A stretch of DNA of 64,000 nucleotides from an uncultured virus (IMG/VR IMGVR_UViG_3300027732_001162) (Duplodnaviria; Heunggongvirae; Uroviricota; Caudoviricetes): IMG/VR virus record IMGVR_UViG_3300027732_001162. One strand, written 5' to 3'. This document shows, one piece after another, positions 16,680-26,253 of this stretch (its first letter is position 1; each line of letters begins with the position of its first letter). The translations under genes and the position numbers were made by a program. Under the pieces are notes generated by a model, which made no database searches, had not been told where the DNA came from, and saw only the letters and a program-made list of their open reading frames with translations.

Positions 16680-18532
16680 TATTTATTGAATCTCTGTTGC
16701 CAGATTTCCTCAAGCACGTAACCTATGCTTGCACGACCTTCGTTGGGCACACAGTTGTTCACACGAATGCCGCCTTTGATCTTGGTACCTTCCTTGTGTT
16801 TGCCCTTCCAGCATTTTGGGTCCAACCGTTGTTTTACTTCTGCTATATCTTGCTGACTCGGGTCAGTAAACTGCTTTTTCCCTTGGCTATCAGTTTTCCA
16901 AAATTTTGGATTTAATGGATTATATTGTTTCAGTGCGTTGTTCTGACTATCCTGTGCTGTGGCTAATTTTCGCTGTTTTTGTGCAACTTGTTCGCCGCCT
17001 TTTTGTGTTTTTATCCACTCAAGTGCTTCTGGTTGAGTAGTAGACTCTCTTAAAAATGCGTCAACTTTTTTTGTTGCCTGTGACAGATCTGGCGTGTTCT
17101 CGTTGTCAACATAGACAAAGTGCTTAGGTCCAAAATAGGCTGAGTACTTTTCAAGATTTTTTTGAACCTGTGAGTACGTATCTTTAGCTAGAGTGGCATC
17201 CACTTGACGACCCACTCCCCATTGTTGCTGTTGCTTGTCTGCTCTTGACTGTTGACGGGCTATGCTAGTGGCTTCACTGACATTTACAAATATCATCATG
17301 AATTCATAACCCAGCGGCTGTAGTTTTTCAATTACACCTATCGCTGTATCGGGGTTTCTGCCGGATCCGTCAACAATAATACCTAGCCTGCCATCGATAA
17401 AATTTCCTTGTTGAGTTTGACTAAGTTGCCAACTTTTTTCAAGTTGATCCGGCGCCAAGTGTCCAGTTGGTACTTCACCTTTTTTAATAAACATTTCGTT
17501 GAAATTATCTAGGTTTACACTACGCAAACCGGTATGTGTTAACAGCGGTCTAGCAATTGTGCTTTTGCCTGCACCCATTGGGCCAAATAATAATATACAT
17601 TTGAAAATGTGAGGATCATTAACACCTTCGTCTATTTTGCCTTTTACCACACTTTGCTGTCCGTGCTTTTTGAGATCGTTGTCAAACTGTTTATTGGTAG
17701 CTTTATTAATGCCTTTGAAACGCTTGTCGCCGCGAGCATAGTCACCTTCTGCATCTGCTTTTTTGGCATCAGCTCCAGCGGCTTTTTTATACTTGCCTAA
17801 TAATTCAGTAGATAATTCTTTTAAATTGCTTTCTGCTAATTCTTGCGCAGGCCCTTTTGTTTTGTTTTGTTTCATAGCGGCTTTCTCTGCTTTTTGTTGT
17901 TCTTTTTCAGCTTTTTGCTTTTCTCTTTCAGCCTTTTGCTTTTCTTTATCCATTTCAGCTTGCATATAAGGCATCATGTAATGTCTTACTAAATTGAAAT
18001 AAGGATGACCTGCTACTTCTGTATTAACAGATACTCCTGAATATGTTTCAAAGTCTTGTGGATTATTATCTTTGATTGCTTGTCTAACCTTGCTTGCTTC
18101 GCTTTTTCTTTCTGCTTCAGACCAAACGATATCGTTAAATTTATAAAATCCATGAGGTCCTTCTAGCCCGTTTTGTTTTTGTAACGCAGGCACAAATATT
18201 TTTGCATCATTTGCATCTGTAACGATGTGCAATGTAACAGCACCGTGTTGCTTGTAAACCATTGATGCTAGAGTAAACCAACTTTGTTCCGCCACTAAAT
18301 GATCCTCTAACTCGGGCATGAACGTTTTCATAGCTTCCATTTTAATGTCAAATGGAAGAGGATCTTTAGGACCTTGTGTACTTTGATTTGTACCCACGTA
18401 CCATATAGGAAAACCAGCCGCAATGTCCCACGCGGCTTTGTGGCCAAAGTGCGGAGGATTAAATCTTCCAAATATAATGGCCGCTTGATCTTGTTCAGAT
18501 TCTGTTAAGTGATATGTTTTCAATTTTTCCAC
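16679..18532 (-). CDS. Fusion: HIGH-family nucleotidyltransferase plus P-loop kinase (zeta/AAA_33-like)
   Basis: FGRFNPPHFGH and KDPLPF at the N-terminus; GPMGAGKST, NLDNF and IIVDGSG in the C-terminal half; terminal CWKG...NCV motif. Confidence 0.8.
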   Translation of the reverse strand: MEKLKTYHLTESEQDQAAIIFGRFNPPHFGHKAAWDIAAGFPIWYVGTNQSTQGPKDPLPFDIKMEAMKTFMPELEDHLVAEQSWFTLASMVYKQHGAVTLHIVTDANDAKIFVPALQKQNGLEGPHGFYKFNDIVWSEAERKSEASKVRQAIKDNNPQDFETYSGVSVNTEVAGHPYFNLVRHYMMPYMQAEMDKEKQKAEREKQKAEKEQQKAEKAAMKQNKTKGPAQELAESNLKELSTELLGKYKKAAGADAKKADAEGDYARGDKRFKGINKATNKQFDNDLKKHGQQSVVKGKIDEGVNDPHIFKCILLFGPMGAGKSTIARPLLTHTGLRSVNLDNFNEMFIKKGEVPTGHLAPDQLEKSWQLSQTQQGNFIDGRLGIIVDGSGRNPDTAIGVIEKLQPLGYEFMMIFVNVSEATSIARQQSRADKQQQQWGVGRQVDATLAKDTYSQVQKNLEKYSAYFGPKHFVYVDNENTPDLSQATKKVDAFLRESTTQPEALEWIKTQKGGEQVAQKQRKLATAQDSQNNALKQYNPLNPKFWKTDSQGKKQFTDPSQQDIAEVKQRLDPKCWKGKHKEGTKIKGGIRVNNCVPNEGRASIGYVLEEIWQQRFNK

Positions 18533-19740
18533 CCTGGTGCAACGATTTTCATATTACCGTGTTTGTGACCATCTTGTGCGTAACGAACATACCCTTCGCT
18601 ATTAGTTGCCCACACATCAGCAGTATGGGTGTTGTTTGCAATTTCGTATATTTCGTGTTTGATATCACGAATAACTTTCATAGCATGGAATACTTCGTCC
18701 AAAGCACCAGTCTGTTGTTCCAGTTGATATATCACCTGTTGCTTAGGCAAAGATACACGTGGCTTACCGTTGGCTTGTGCTTCAGCCATCCAATCAAAAA
18801 ATACTTTTGCATTTATTGAATCAAATGTTCCGCCTGCATTTTTTTGATTTAGGAACGGATAAAAAATACCATTCTTATCTGTATGTGAAACGCTTCCAAC
18901 AAATGTATCAATTTTATTACTATTCTTTTCTAACCAGCTTTGTGTTTCACCTAGTTCTGCATTTGCACTAGTAAGACTGCTGGATTTTGATTTGTCAATA
19001 TTAGGAGCAGTATCGTTGTAAATAGGGTTTAACACAATCAATTTAGGTGTGTCGTTAAACTCACTAAAATCATCTTTGGGTTTTTGTTCAGCATCTGGTG
19101 CACCAAATGTATCAAATGTGCCATGCGCGGCTATCATAAGGTTTGCACCTGCTATACGTTTACCCAGTTCGCTGTCTTTACTAACATGATATTCAGTTGC
19201 ACTATGCGGGTTAGGATGCATATTGTATGTACCACTTTTGTCCATCTTGGGTTTAGTAGCAGGCATAAAGATTGCATCAGCATATACAAACCCCACAAAG
19301 TCTTTAGGAGTAGCCGCATCAAACGTAGGATACAAATTTGCAAATTCTTCTGCAAAGCGTTGACGTTCGGGAGTTATTTCTTGCCCTTTTGCACCTTCAC
19401 CGCTTTTGTTAAGAATAAAATTCTTAACAGCTTCGGGACTAGTAAAGTCGTCCATTGTTGTACCAGTGTTACGTCCGCCCTTGCCCCAACCGTTGTGTCC
19501 TGCCAATATTAACGGACCGCCAGAAACTTCTCTGCCCCAATAAATTTGAGGATTGCCGTCCCATTTAAATCTTAATTGGTGAGGTTCGGCACTGATTTCG
19601 TCAAAATGTTGTAATGCTTCTAGTATACCGCTCACACCGTAGAAGATTACAAAATGTTCTGGGTGGTTAAATGCTCTCCCAAGCATAGGCGGGATTTTAG
19701 GCTTTGCATCTTCGCGGATGAATAATTCTCTAAGTAACAC
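18520..19740 (-). CDS. DUF6267-like protein with ligase-superfamily motifs
   Basis: HPEH, KWDG (motif I-like), EGYV (motif IV-like) and MKIV (motif V-like); GTG start. Confidence 0.6.
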   Translation of the reverse strand: MLLRELFIREDAKPKIPPMLGRAFNHPEHFVIFYGVSGILEALQHFDEISAEPHQLRFKWDGNPQIYWGREVSGGPLILAGHNGWGKGGRNTGTTMDDFTSPEAVKNFILNKSGEGAKGQEITPERQRFAEEFANLYPTFDAATPKDFVGFVYADAIFMPATKPKMDKSGTYNMHPNPHSATEYHVSKDSELGKRIAGANLMIAAHGTFDTFGAPDAEQKPKDDFSEFNDTPKLIVLNPIYNDTAPNIDKSKSSSLTSANAELGETQSWLEKNSNKIDTFVGSVSHTDKNGIFYPFLNQKNAGGTFDSINAKVFFDWMAEAQANGKPRVSLPKQQVIYQLEQQTGALDEVFHAMKVIRDIKHEIYEIANNTHTADVWATNSEGYVRYAQDGHKHGNMKIVAPGWKN

Positions 19741-20103
19741 TTATTTTCTCTTGTAATGACCGTCTTTGATCTTTTCACACTCATCTTCGTGTATATGCTT
19801 ACATACTTCGTCTAACAGTTCCTGATCTATATCGTCTGGAAGTTCGCGTATTTGAAATTCGTTACAGTATGAGTTATATGCTTGTTCCACAGCATTTTTA
19901 AATAATGCAGGATTGGTCTGCTTACCTGATTCTAGCATATCACTGCAATCCATAATTGCTGGGTAGGTATGGCGGCGATATGCATTATCGTTGTGAGTCA
20001 TATAGAATAACAAGTCATCCTTAAGATCGAAATCTAATCCGTGTTTGTTACCATTTTTCTCTAATTCTAAATCGATGCTTTCGCAGAGTTCATTTATACG
20101 CAT
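19741..20103 (-). CDS. Hypothetical, putative virion protein
   Basis: MRINELCES N-terminus; TAAATA upstream at 20151-20156. Confidence 0.65.
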   Translation of the reverse strand: MRINELCESIDLELEKNGNKHGLDFDLKDDLLFYMTHNDNAYRRHTYPAIMDCSDMLESGKQTNPALFKNAVEQAYNSYCNEFQIRELPDDIDQELLDEVCKHIHEDECEKIKDGHYKRK

Positions 20104-20177
20104 ATATTGGCCCGTTTATCAAAAAAATACCCTAACTGGTGCAGTTAGAGTATTTATCGTAATACACAAAATGACTT

Positions 20178-20816
20178 TTATACTTCAGGCTGGTGTATAA
20201 TACGCTGTACTTTGCTTATAGTACCGCCTAAATGCATCTTAGTCATGAGTAAGTTGTTGTCGCCTGTGACATAGAAGTGCGTACCACCCCAACTTCTGCC
20301 ACGGTTTAAATCTCGTGTACAGCTCTTAGTCAGCTTGATTTTAGCATTATTTTCAGCCCATTCGACAAAACTGCTGTATTCCTGCTTGGTCGCACCCATG
20401 GTAATACGATATTCAAAGTTCATCTTATTCATGATGATAGTATCGCTAGTTAACACACCATTCGCAGACGGCTTACTAATAAACTTAATAGTATCGGTAT
20501 ATTTCTTTTCAAATAACTTAACTGACTTGATATCGTTAGTGTAAATGTTAATAATGGGTTGTTCCACACGCAAATCATAATCTGTAATCTTTTTAAAATC
20601 ACTGCATAATGATCTCACATATTCTAAATCTTCTGTGGATTTGATTCGACTGGCCCAATAGGAAAAATGTTCAGGGTACTTGACATCAATTTTTGCCAAC
20701 TCCATAATGGCATTGTCAATATCGCCTCCCCTGAACAAGGTAGCACTGGAACATATCAGTGCAATTTTGTACTGGTATTTTCCTAAAAATAAACTACGGG
20801 TCTCTTTATACTTCAT
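20178..20816 (-). CDS. Hypothetical protein
   Basis: 212-aa ORF overlapping the clpA stop region. Confidence 0.7.
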   Translation of the reverse strand: MKYKETRSLFLGKYQYKIALICSSATLFRGGDIDNAIMELAKIDVKYPEHFSYWASRIKSTEDLEYVRSLCSDFKKITDYDLRVEQPIINIYTNDIKSVKLFEKKYTDTIKFISKPSANGVLTSDTIIMNKMNFEYRITMGATKQEYSSFVEWAENNAKIKLTKSCTRDLNRGRSWGGTHFYVTGDNNLLMTKMHLGGTISKVQRIIHQPEV

Positions 20817-23091
20817 TCTGTGTTATAGTAACTGTTTCAGCATCGCTTACTACTAATGGTAGTTTTGGAGTTTTAACTTTAGCAGTAAGCAAGATTTTAC
20901 CTTCCTCAACACTGATATGTAGCCAGCCGCCGTTTTTAAGTTCTCCAAACAACATCATCTTAGCAAGGTCACGTTTGATTTCCTTATCAATAGTACGTTG
21001 CAGTGGACGAGCACCCATCTTGCTGTCAAAGCCTTTTTCAATTAGCCAATCAACTGCTTCGTTATTGATTTTAATACGGATACCCTTTTCTTTGACTTGA
21101 TCACGCATCTCGTCAATGAACTTGTTAACGATCTTGACCATAACTGGCTTGCCAAGTTTCTTGAATGCAATAATACCGTCTAAACGATTACGGAACTCTG
21201 GTGTTAAGAACTTCTTCAAGTCTACATCGCTGTAGTCTTTTTCCTGTGCGCCAAAACCAATGGCATTCTTTTCAGCACTTTGAGCACCAGCGTTTGTTGT
21301 CAAAATAAGAATAAGTTGACGACAGTCTGCTTGCTTACCATTTGATCCAGTAATAAAACCATTATCCATTATTTGTAGCAATACTGTGGCTACATCCGGA
21401 TGTGACTTTTCAATTTCATCAAACAACAATACAGCATTGGGACTTTCTTGAATCTGCGTAATCAACAATCCTGAATTTTCTTCAAAGCCAACATAACCTG
21501 GAGGGCTACCAATTAGCTTGCTGATACTGTGTTTTTCCTGATACTCACTCATGTCAAAACGCAACAACTTAGTGCCTAGGTGTTTAGCCAGACTCTTGGC
21601 TGTTTCAGTTTTACCTGTGCCAGTCGGGCCCATGAACACAAATGATCCAACAGGTTTGTTTTCTGATTTAAGTCCTGCCTGTGCAACTATAATCTTATCA
21701 ACAATTTCTTGTAGTGCAGTGTCTTGTCCGTACACTTCTTTTGCAAGATGTCCTTGTAAATTAACAAGTCCTTCGCTTTCTTGTTCAGCCACAACTTCTT
21801 CCGGAATTTGAACCATCTTGGCAAGTTCAAAACGTATGCCTTCGGAATTGACCACCCGTTCGCTGTCCGGCATTTTTAAATTAAAACGTGAGCAAGCTAC
21901 ATCAATCAAGTCAATGGCTTTGTCCGGCAATTTTTTGTCTGCTTGATATTTCACACTCAGCTTGATTGCTTCTTGTAAAGCGTCATCTTTAATTTTAACT
22001 TTGTGATGCTCTTCGTAATATTTCTTAATACCTTTGAGAATTTGCATTGTGACTTCCACAGTGGGCTCGTCCACAGTGATGCGTTGAAATCTGCGCATCA
22101 ACGCACGATCCTTTTCAAAGTGCTTGCGATATTCTTCCCATGTAGTTGAAGCAATAACTTTAATAGTGCCTTTGCTCAGTGCTGGCTTCATCATGTTGCT
22201 CAAATCGTTAGCACTGTTGCTTGCTGACCCGGCACCACTGATCATGTGCGCTTCGTCAATAAACAAAATTGTCTTGCCTTTTTTAGCTAAACCCTTGAGT
22301 ACTAATTTAAAACGTTCTTCAAAGTCTCCGCGATATTTACTACCGGCTAACATTGCACTGATATCCAAATTGAACACTTGATATTCTTTTAAGAAGTCTG
22401 GAACTGCACCCTTGACAATGTTAAAAGCAAGCCCTTCTGCAATAGCAGTCTTACCCACACCAGGATCGCCCACAAGGATCACGTTGTTTTTACTGCGTCG
22501 ACCCATGCTCAACGCAATGTTTTCTAATTCGTCCACGCGGCCAATTACTGGATCAATCTTACCTTTCTTGACCAGTTCGTTAAGATTAGTTGTAAAGGCT
22601 TTAAGGGCTTTATTGCCTTGTACATCACTTTGATCCATCTCTTCTTCTTCGCCGCCTTCTAAGTTGTTGTTAATATAGTCAGCAAATTTGTCTTTGTCAA
22701 TTTCTGCTTGTTGAATGTAAAAGTGTGCCCACGAGCGTTTTTCGCTCATCATGGCAAGGAATACGTCTGTACTTTCGATGCGTTGACGTCCGTTGAATAA
22801 CACTTGTGTAAATGCTTTGTTAAGTACACGTTCAACTACTTGTGTTTTCTTGGGCTTGGCAACTGGGCCAGCCGCAGTAATTTCATCGCATTTATTTTTT
22901 AAGTAATGCTCGAGATTCTTTTTAATATATTCCGGATCACTTCCGTATCCTTGAATAGCATTTGAAAATCCTTCTTCACACAGCATAGCAAACAAAAGAT
23001 GTTCGATTGTTAAATATTCGTGATTAAGATTCTTAGCTGTGTCAATAGCCTTTTCAAATACTGCTTGTAGATTGTCGCTTGGTTCAACCAT
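20806..23091 (-). CDS. clpA: ATP-dependent Clp protease ATPase subunit ClpA
   Basis: Clp N-domain HEYLTIEHLL; two AAA+ domains (GDPGVGKT, GPTGTGKT); IGF ClpP-docking loop; GARPL; no ClpB middle domain. Confidence 0.93.
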   Translation of the reverse strand: MVEPSDNLQAVFEKAIDTAKNLNHEYLTIEHLLFAMLCEEGFSNAIQGYGSDPEYIKKNLEHYLKNKCDEITAAGPVAKPKKTQVVERVLNKAFTQVLFNGRQRIESTDVFLAMMSEKRSWAHFYIQQAEIDKDKFADYINNNLEGGEEEEMDQSDVQGNKALKAFTTNLNELVKKGKIDPVIGRVDELENIALSMGRRSKNNVILVGDPGVGKTAIAEGLAFNIVKGAVPDFLKEYQVFNLDISAMLAGSKYRGDFEERFKLVLKGLAKKGKTILFIDEAHMISGAGSASNSANDLSNMMKPALSKGTIKVIASTTWEEYRKHFEKDRALMRRFQRITVDEPTVEVTMQILKGIKKYYEEHHKVKIKDDALQEAIKLSVKYQADKKLPDKAIDLIDVACSRFNLKMPDSERVVNSEGIRFELAKMVQIPEEVVAEQESEGLVNLQGHLAKEVYGQDTALQEIVDKIIVAQAGLKSENKPVGSFVFMGPTGTGKTETAKSLAKHLGTKLLRFDMSEYQEKHSISKLIGSPPGYVGFEENSGLLITQIQESPNAVLLFDEIEKSHPDVATVLLQIMDNGFITGSNGKQADCRQLILILTTNAGAQSAEKNAIGFGAQEKDYSDVDLKKFLTPEFRNRLDGIIAFKKLGKPVMVKIVNKFIDEMRDQVKEKGIRIKINNEAVDWLIEKGFDSKMGARPLQRTIDKEIKRDLAKMMLFGELKNGGWLHISVEEGKILLTAKVKTPKLPLVVSDAETVTITQNEV

Positions 23092-23572
23092 TTAGTTTCC
23101 TTTGTTTTTTCCGTGCCATTTGTAATTTAAGATTGCTTACATATTCAGTAAACGTAACACCATTTAAATGGTCTAATTCATGCTGGAAGCATCTAGCATC
23201 CAGGCCTTCAAGTTCTATTATACATGGTTTACCAGCATTGTCAAGATAGCTGGCAGTAATTTTATTGTGTCGTGCAACTTTAAGCCAGAGATTTGGAAAG
23301 CTCAAACAACCTTCCGCACCTTCTGCCTTATCGTTATCGCCAAACATGATCCACGGATTAAAACATCCAAATTCACGACCGTCTGTAGTGCGCATAACAA
23401 ATATTCTGCGTAACAAGCCAATTTGGTTGCCTGCTAGACCAATAGCATTATTAGCTCGCATTAGTTCTAACATTTCACGTTCTACCACAGCCGCATTGAC
23501 ATGGTTTTCAAAATCCCAGTTCTCTGCTGGTTGTTTAAGAATTGGATCATCCTCTTTGTGCAATTTCAACAT
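23084..23572 (-). CDS. def: Peptide deformylase
   Basis: GLAGNQIG, EGCLS and QHELDHLNG. Confidence 0.95.
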   Translation of the reverse strand: MLKLHKEDDPILKQPAENWDFENHVNAAVVEREMLELMRANNAIGLAGNQIGLLRRIFVMRTTDGREFGCFNPWIMFGDNDKAEGAEGCLSFPNLWLKVARHNKITASYLDNAGKPCIIELEGLDARCFQHELDHLNGVTFTEYVSNLKLQMARKKQRKLNG

Positions 23573-24392
23573 CTAGTTGCCTCAATCTTTCTATTAATAC
23601 AGGATCTGTAACTGGTTTAGATCTAATTTTAACCACCGCTACAAATCTTCCTTTGGTACGGCGTTGTACATTATTAAATCCTTGGCCGGTACTGGCAAAC
23701 TCAACGCCAGTATCAACTCCTGGACGAATATCGATATCGATATGTTGGCCGCTGATAGTTCTAACGCTTTTTCTGCAACCAATCAGTGACTCAATAGGAG
23801 TAAGTTCAACAACTGTATACAAGTCATCGTTGCGACGTTCAAAATTAGGATCGCTCATCACAATAATAGTTACATTGAGATCTCCGCGCTGTATACCCTG
23901 TACACTGTCGTCACCCAACCCGTTGTATCTAATAGTTTCGCCATGGCTTATACCAGCAGGAACATTGATTACTACGGTCTGTGTTCGACCACTGGGCAAT
24001 TGAAACTGCGCTTCCAACTGTTTGCCAAGATAACTGTCAAGTAATGTAATTTGACATTGTATGTTCAAATCTCTATTTCTTCGAACTTGTTGTCTGTGCA
24101 TTTGCCCAAATATATCTCCAAACGGACTAGCACCCCCAAATATATCTCCAAAAGGATTATTTCCGGTATGGAAATGAAATTGCTGACCTTGTGGGGCTCG
24201 CCGTTGTTGGTCGTACTCAGCCCGTTTCTGTGGGTCGCTTAATGTGTCGTTTGCAACACTAATATTTTTGAACATTGCTTGGTCACCACCTTTGTCGGGA
24301 TGATGTTTATTGGCCAAGCTTCGGTATGCTCGCTTAATTTCTTCTGGACTAGCACCTTCGCTAATCCCTAGGGTTTGGTAATAATCAGTCAT
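23547..24392 (-). CDS. dnaJ: DnaJ/CbpA-type co-chaperone (no Zn finger)
   Basis: DYYQTLG, HHPDK J-domain, G/F-rich linker and a C-terminal substrate domain. Confidence 0.92.
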   Translation of the reverse strand: MTDYYQTLGISEGASPEEIKRAYRSLANKHHPDKGGDQAMFKNISVANDTLSDPQKRAEYDQQRRAPQGQQFHFHTGNNPFGDIFGGASPFGDIFGQMHRQQVRRNRDLNIQCQITLLDSYLGKQLEAQFQLPSGRTQTVVINVPAGISHGETIRYNGLGDDSVQGIQRGDLNVTIIVMSDPNFERRNDDLYTVVELTPIESLIGCRKSVRTISGQHIDIDIRPGVDTGVEFASTGQGFNNVQRRTKGRFVAVVKIRSKPVTDPVLIERLRQLDVEIAQRG

Positions 24393-24425
24393 AGTCGTAA
24401 TAACAGGTCTCGGTTAATAATAGTA

Positions 24426-24454
24426 ATTATACTATCTTAAAGGAGACCTGTCAA
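24426..24454 (-). promoter_or_regulatory. Perfect sigma70 promoter TTGACA-N17-TATAAT for dnaJ-def-clpA
   Basis: Read directly. Confidence 0.85.
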
Positions 24455-24462
24455 GTTTTTGA

Positions 24463-24678
24463 TTACTTCTTCTTGGCAGGTTCTGGAACTTTTTCGCCTT
24501 CTACTTTCTTGTGTACTTTGATTTTTTTACAATCTTGAGCTTGCTTTCCAGTCTTTTTATCATTTACTGGCTTGCCTGCTTTGTCCACTTTTGGTGTGCA
24601 AACTTCTTTCATTTCGCCGCCGGCGTATGCTGTGCCAACTAATGCCAAACTTGCTACTAATGCTAAAATTAATTTCAT
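24463..24678 (-). CDS. Small secreted Lys-rich protein
   Basis: Signal peptide MKLILALVASLALVGTAYA; two Cys residues. Confidence 0.75.
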   Translation of the reverse strand: MKLILALVASLALVGTAYAGGEMKEVCTPKVDKAGKPVNDKKTGKQAQDCKKIKVHKKVEGEKVPEPAKKK

Positions 24679-24679
24679 A

Positions 24680-24802
24680 TTATACTCCTTTTTTAGCTAA
24701 CATGGCTTGAATTTTTTCTTGAATAATCTTTGCCCAAAATGGCTGTGGAAAATTCCAACCTACAAATGCTCCTACTGCTACCCATAATAATGTATCTAAC
24801 AT
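24680..24802 (-). CDS. Small membrane protein (40 aa, not in the ORF track)
   Basis: MLDTLLWVAVGAFVGWNFPQPFWAKIIQEKIQAMLAKKGV with an AGGAG SD. Confidence 0.65.
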   Translation of the reverse strand: MLDTLLWVAVGAFVGWNFPQPFWAKIIQEKIQAMLAKKGV

Positions 24803-24814
24803 ATCTTGCTCCTA

Positions 24815-25294
24815 TTAAATTGCTGGCTGATCAGCATCCGGTACAATCTTCTTACCGCTTGCTGTTGTTACTGGGGTTGTGCCCCAACTTGGTGCTGGCG
24901 CAAAACTTGTACTTGTTGGAGCAACAAACGGTGTGTTACCAAAACTAGGAGCAGGCGCTACTGGTGCAGGACTAAATGTTGGCGCAGGTGTTGGAGTTTG
25001 TGCTCCGCCATTGTTTGCTCCTGCCATTTTTTCTTGTGTACGACCAAATGCCGCAATACCTAATACTGCGCCCATTGCAATGTGGAATAAGCCAGCACCT
25101 TGCAATGTTAATGGATTCCATTGGCTTGTGACTTGCCCGCCGTTTAACGACTGTAACAAACTCCATAACACTGGGAATATAACCATGTCCATAGTACAGA
25201 CCAGCATATACATCCAACCCATCATTGGACGCCATTTAGAATTCATCCAATCTTCTTTTTTTGATTCGCTCGCGCTTTTAACTTCTTCTGACAT
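24815..25294 (-). CDS. Holin-like protein (3TM gene-transfer-release holin family)
   Basis: WRPMMGWMY...MGAVLGIAAFGRTQEK; lies within the lysis cassette. Confidence 0.7.
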   Translation of the reverse strand: MSEEVKSASESKKEDWMNSKWRPMMGWMYMLVCTMDMVIFPVLWSLLQSLNGGQVTSQWNPLTLQGAGLFHIAMGAVLGIAAFGRTQEKMAGANNGGAQTPTPAPTFSPAPVAPAPSFGNTPFVAPTSTSFAPAPSWGTTPVTTASGKKIVPDADQPAI

Positions 25295-25322
25295 AGTTCG
25301 CTCCTTTGTCTTTATAATATAT

Positions 25323-25571
25323 TTAGTACATACTTGCTACATTAACTAGTGCCTCTAAAGCCGCATTGACTGCTATTTTTATTTGTAAATCGTGTGCTGA
25401 TTCGTTGATATTCTTTTCGTGGGCTAAATCCTGTAACATTTCCATAAATTCGCCCTTGCTAATTTCTCTAGCTTCTAAGGATTTTTTTAATTCGTTAGCT
25501 CTTACTGCTAAATCTTGTAAACTTGGGTCGCCGGTGTTAAACAAGGCTTCTAATTGTTGTTCCACGCTCAT
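25323..25571 (-). CDS. Hypothetical helical protein
   Basis: 82-aa ORF coupled to the upstream gene. Confidence 0.65.
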   Translation of the reverse strand: MSVEQQLEALFNTGDPSLQDLAVRANELKKSLEAREISKGEFMEMLQDLAHEKNINESAHDLQIKIAVNAALEALVNVASMY

Positions 25572-25969
25572 CTTGGTTTCTTCCCTATAACGTTTTGGAT
25601 AGTAACAGCATTACGCTCAATACTGCTAAATTTTGTAGTACAGTACATCATGCTGACTGGTTCAGTGCCCTTGTAACGATCACTCAGCCCTTTAACAATT
25701 TCTGCTAGCTCTGCGCTCATTTTAGTGGCTTCTTCGTTGCGTGGAATACTTTGAGTGTAATTTTTTAACTCCACAGTGGTACGCCATATGCTATCTACTT
25801 CTTCAACTACTTCGGGTTTACCACACTTGGCCGCACCTAAATTTGCTTGGGTACGCACACGATTAATCAGCATGTATTCGTTGTTGTCAAATCTGGCCAT
25901 TAAATATGCATCAATTAATGCACAACCCGATAAGCCCCATACTGCTAAAATTATTAATAATTTTTTCAT
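25568..25969 (-). CDS. Lipoprotein
   Basis: Lipobox LSGC after a hydrophobic N-terminus. Confidence 0.75.
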   Translation of the reverse strand: MKKLLIILAVWGLSGCALIDAYLMARFDNNEYMLINRVRTQANLGAAKCGKPEVVEEVDSIWRTTVELKNYTQSIPRNEEATKMSAELAEIVKGLSDRYKGTEPVSMMYCTTKFSSIERNAVTIQNVIGKKPR

Positions 25970-26253
25970 TTGATGCTCTCAAATATTTTCTTTTGGCTAT
26001 TGTACCACTGCGTCCATGCATCTATTTTAATTTTACATTCTTGGTACTGTCCGTAGTTTTCACTAACGCTACTAACAACTTCACTTAGTTTAGTAGTGCC
26101 TTCGGGAATAGTTTTTAAGTCTGGGCAAGCTGTTTTTAACTCTTCAGGAACTTGTGGAAAATTCATAGTAACTGGAACGCTAGTAGCACACCCTGTTATC
26201 AAAAATGCCAGTATGATAAAAATTACAAGAAAGAATAATTTAATCAAGTTCAT
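25966..26253 (-). CDS. o-spanin-like lipoprotein
   Basis: Lipobox ITGC, Pro-rich segment and Cys pair; follows an i-spanin-like gene. Confidence 0.7.
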   Translation of the reverse strand: MNLIKLFFLVIFIILAFLITGCATSVPVTMNFPQVPEELKTACPDLKTIPEGTTKLSEVVSSVSENYGQYQECKIKIDAWTQWYNSQKKIFESIK

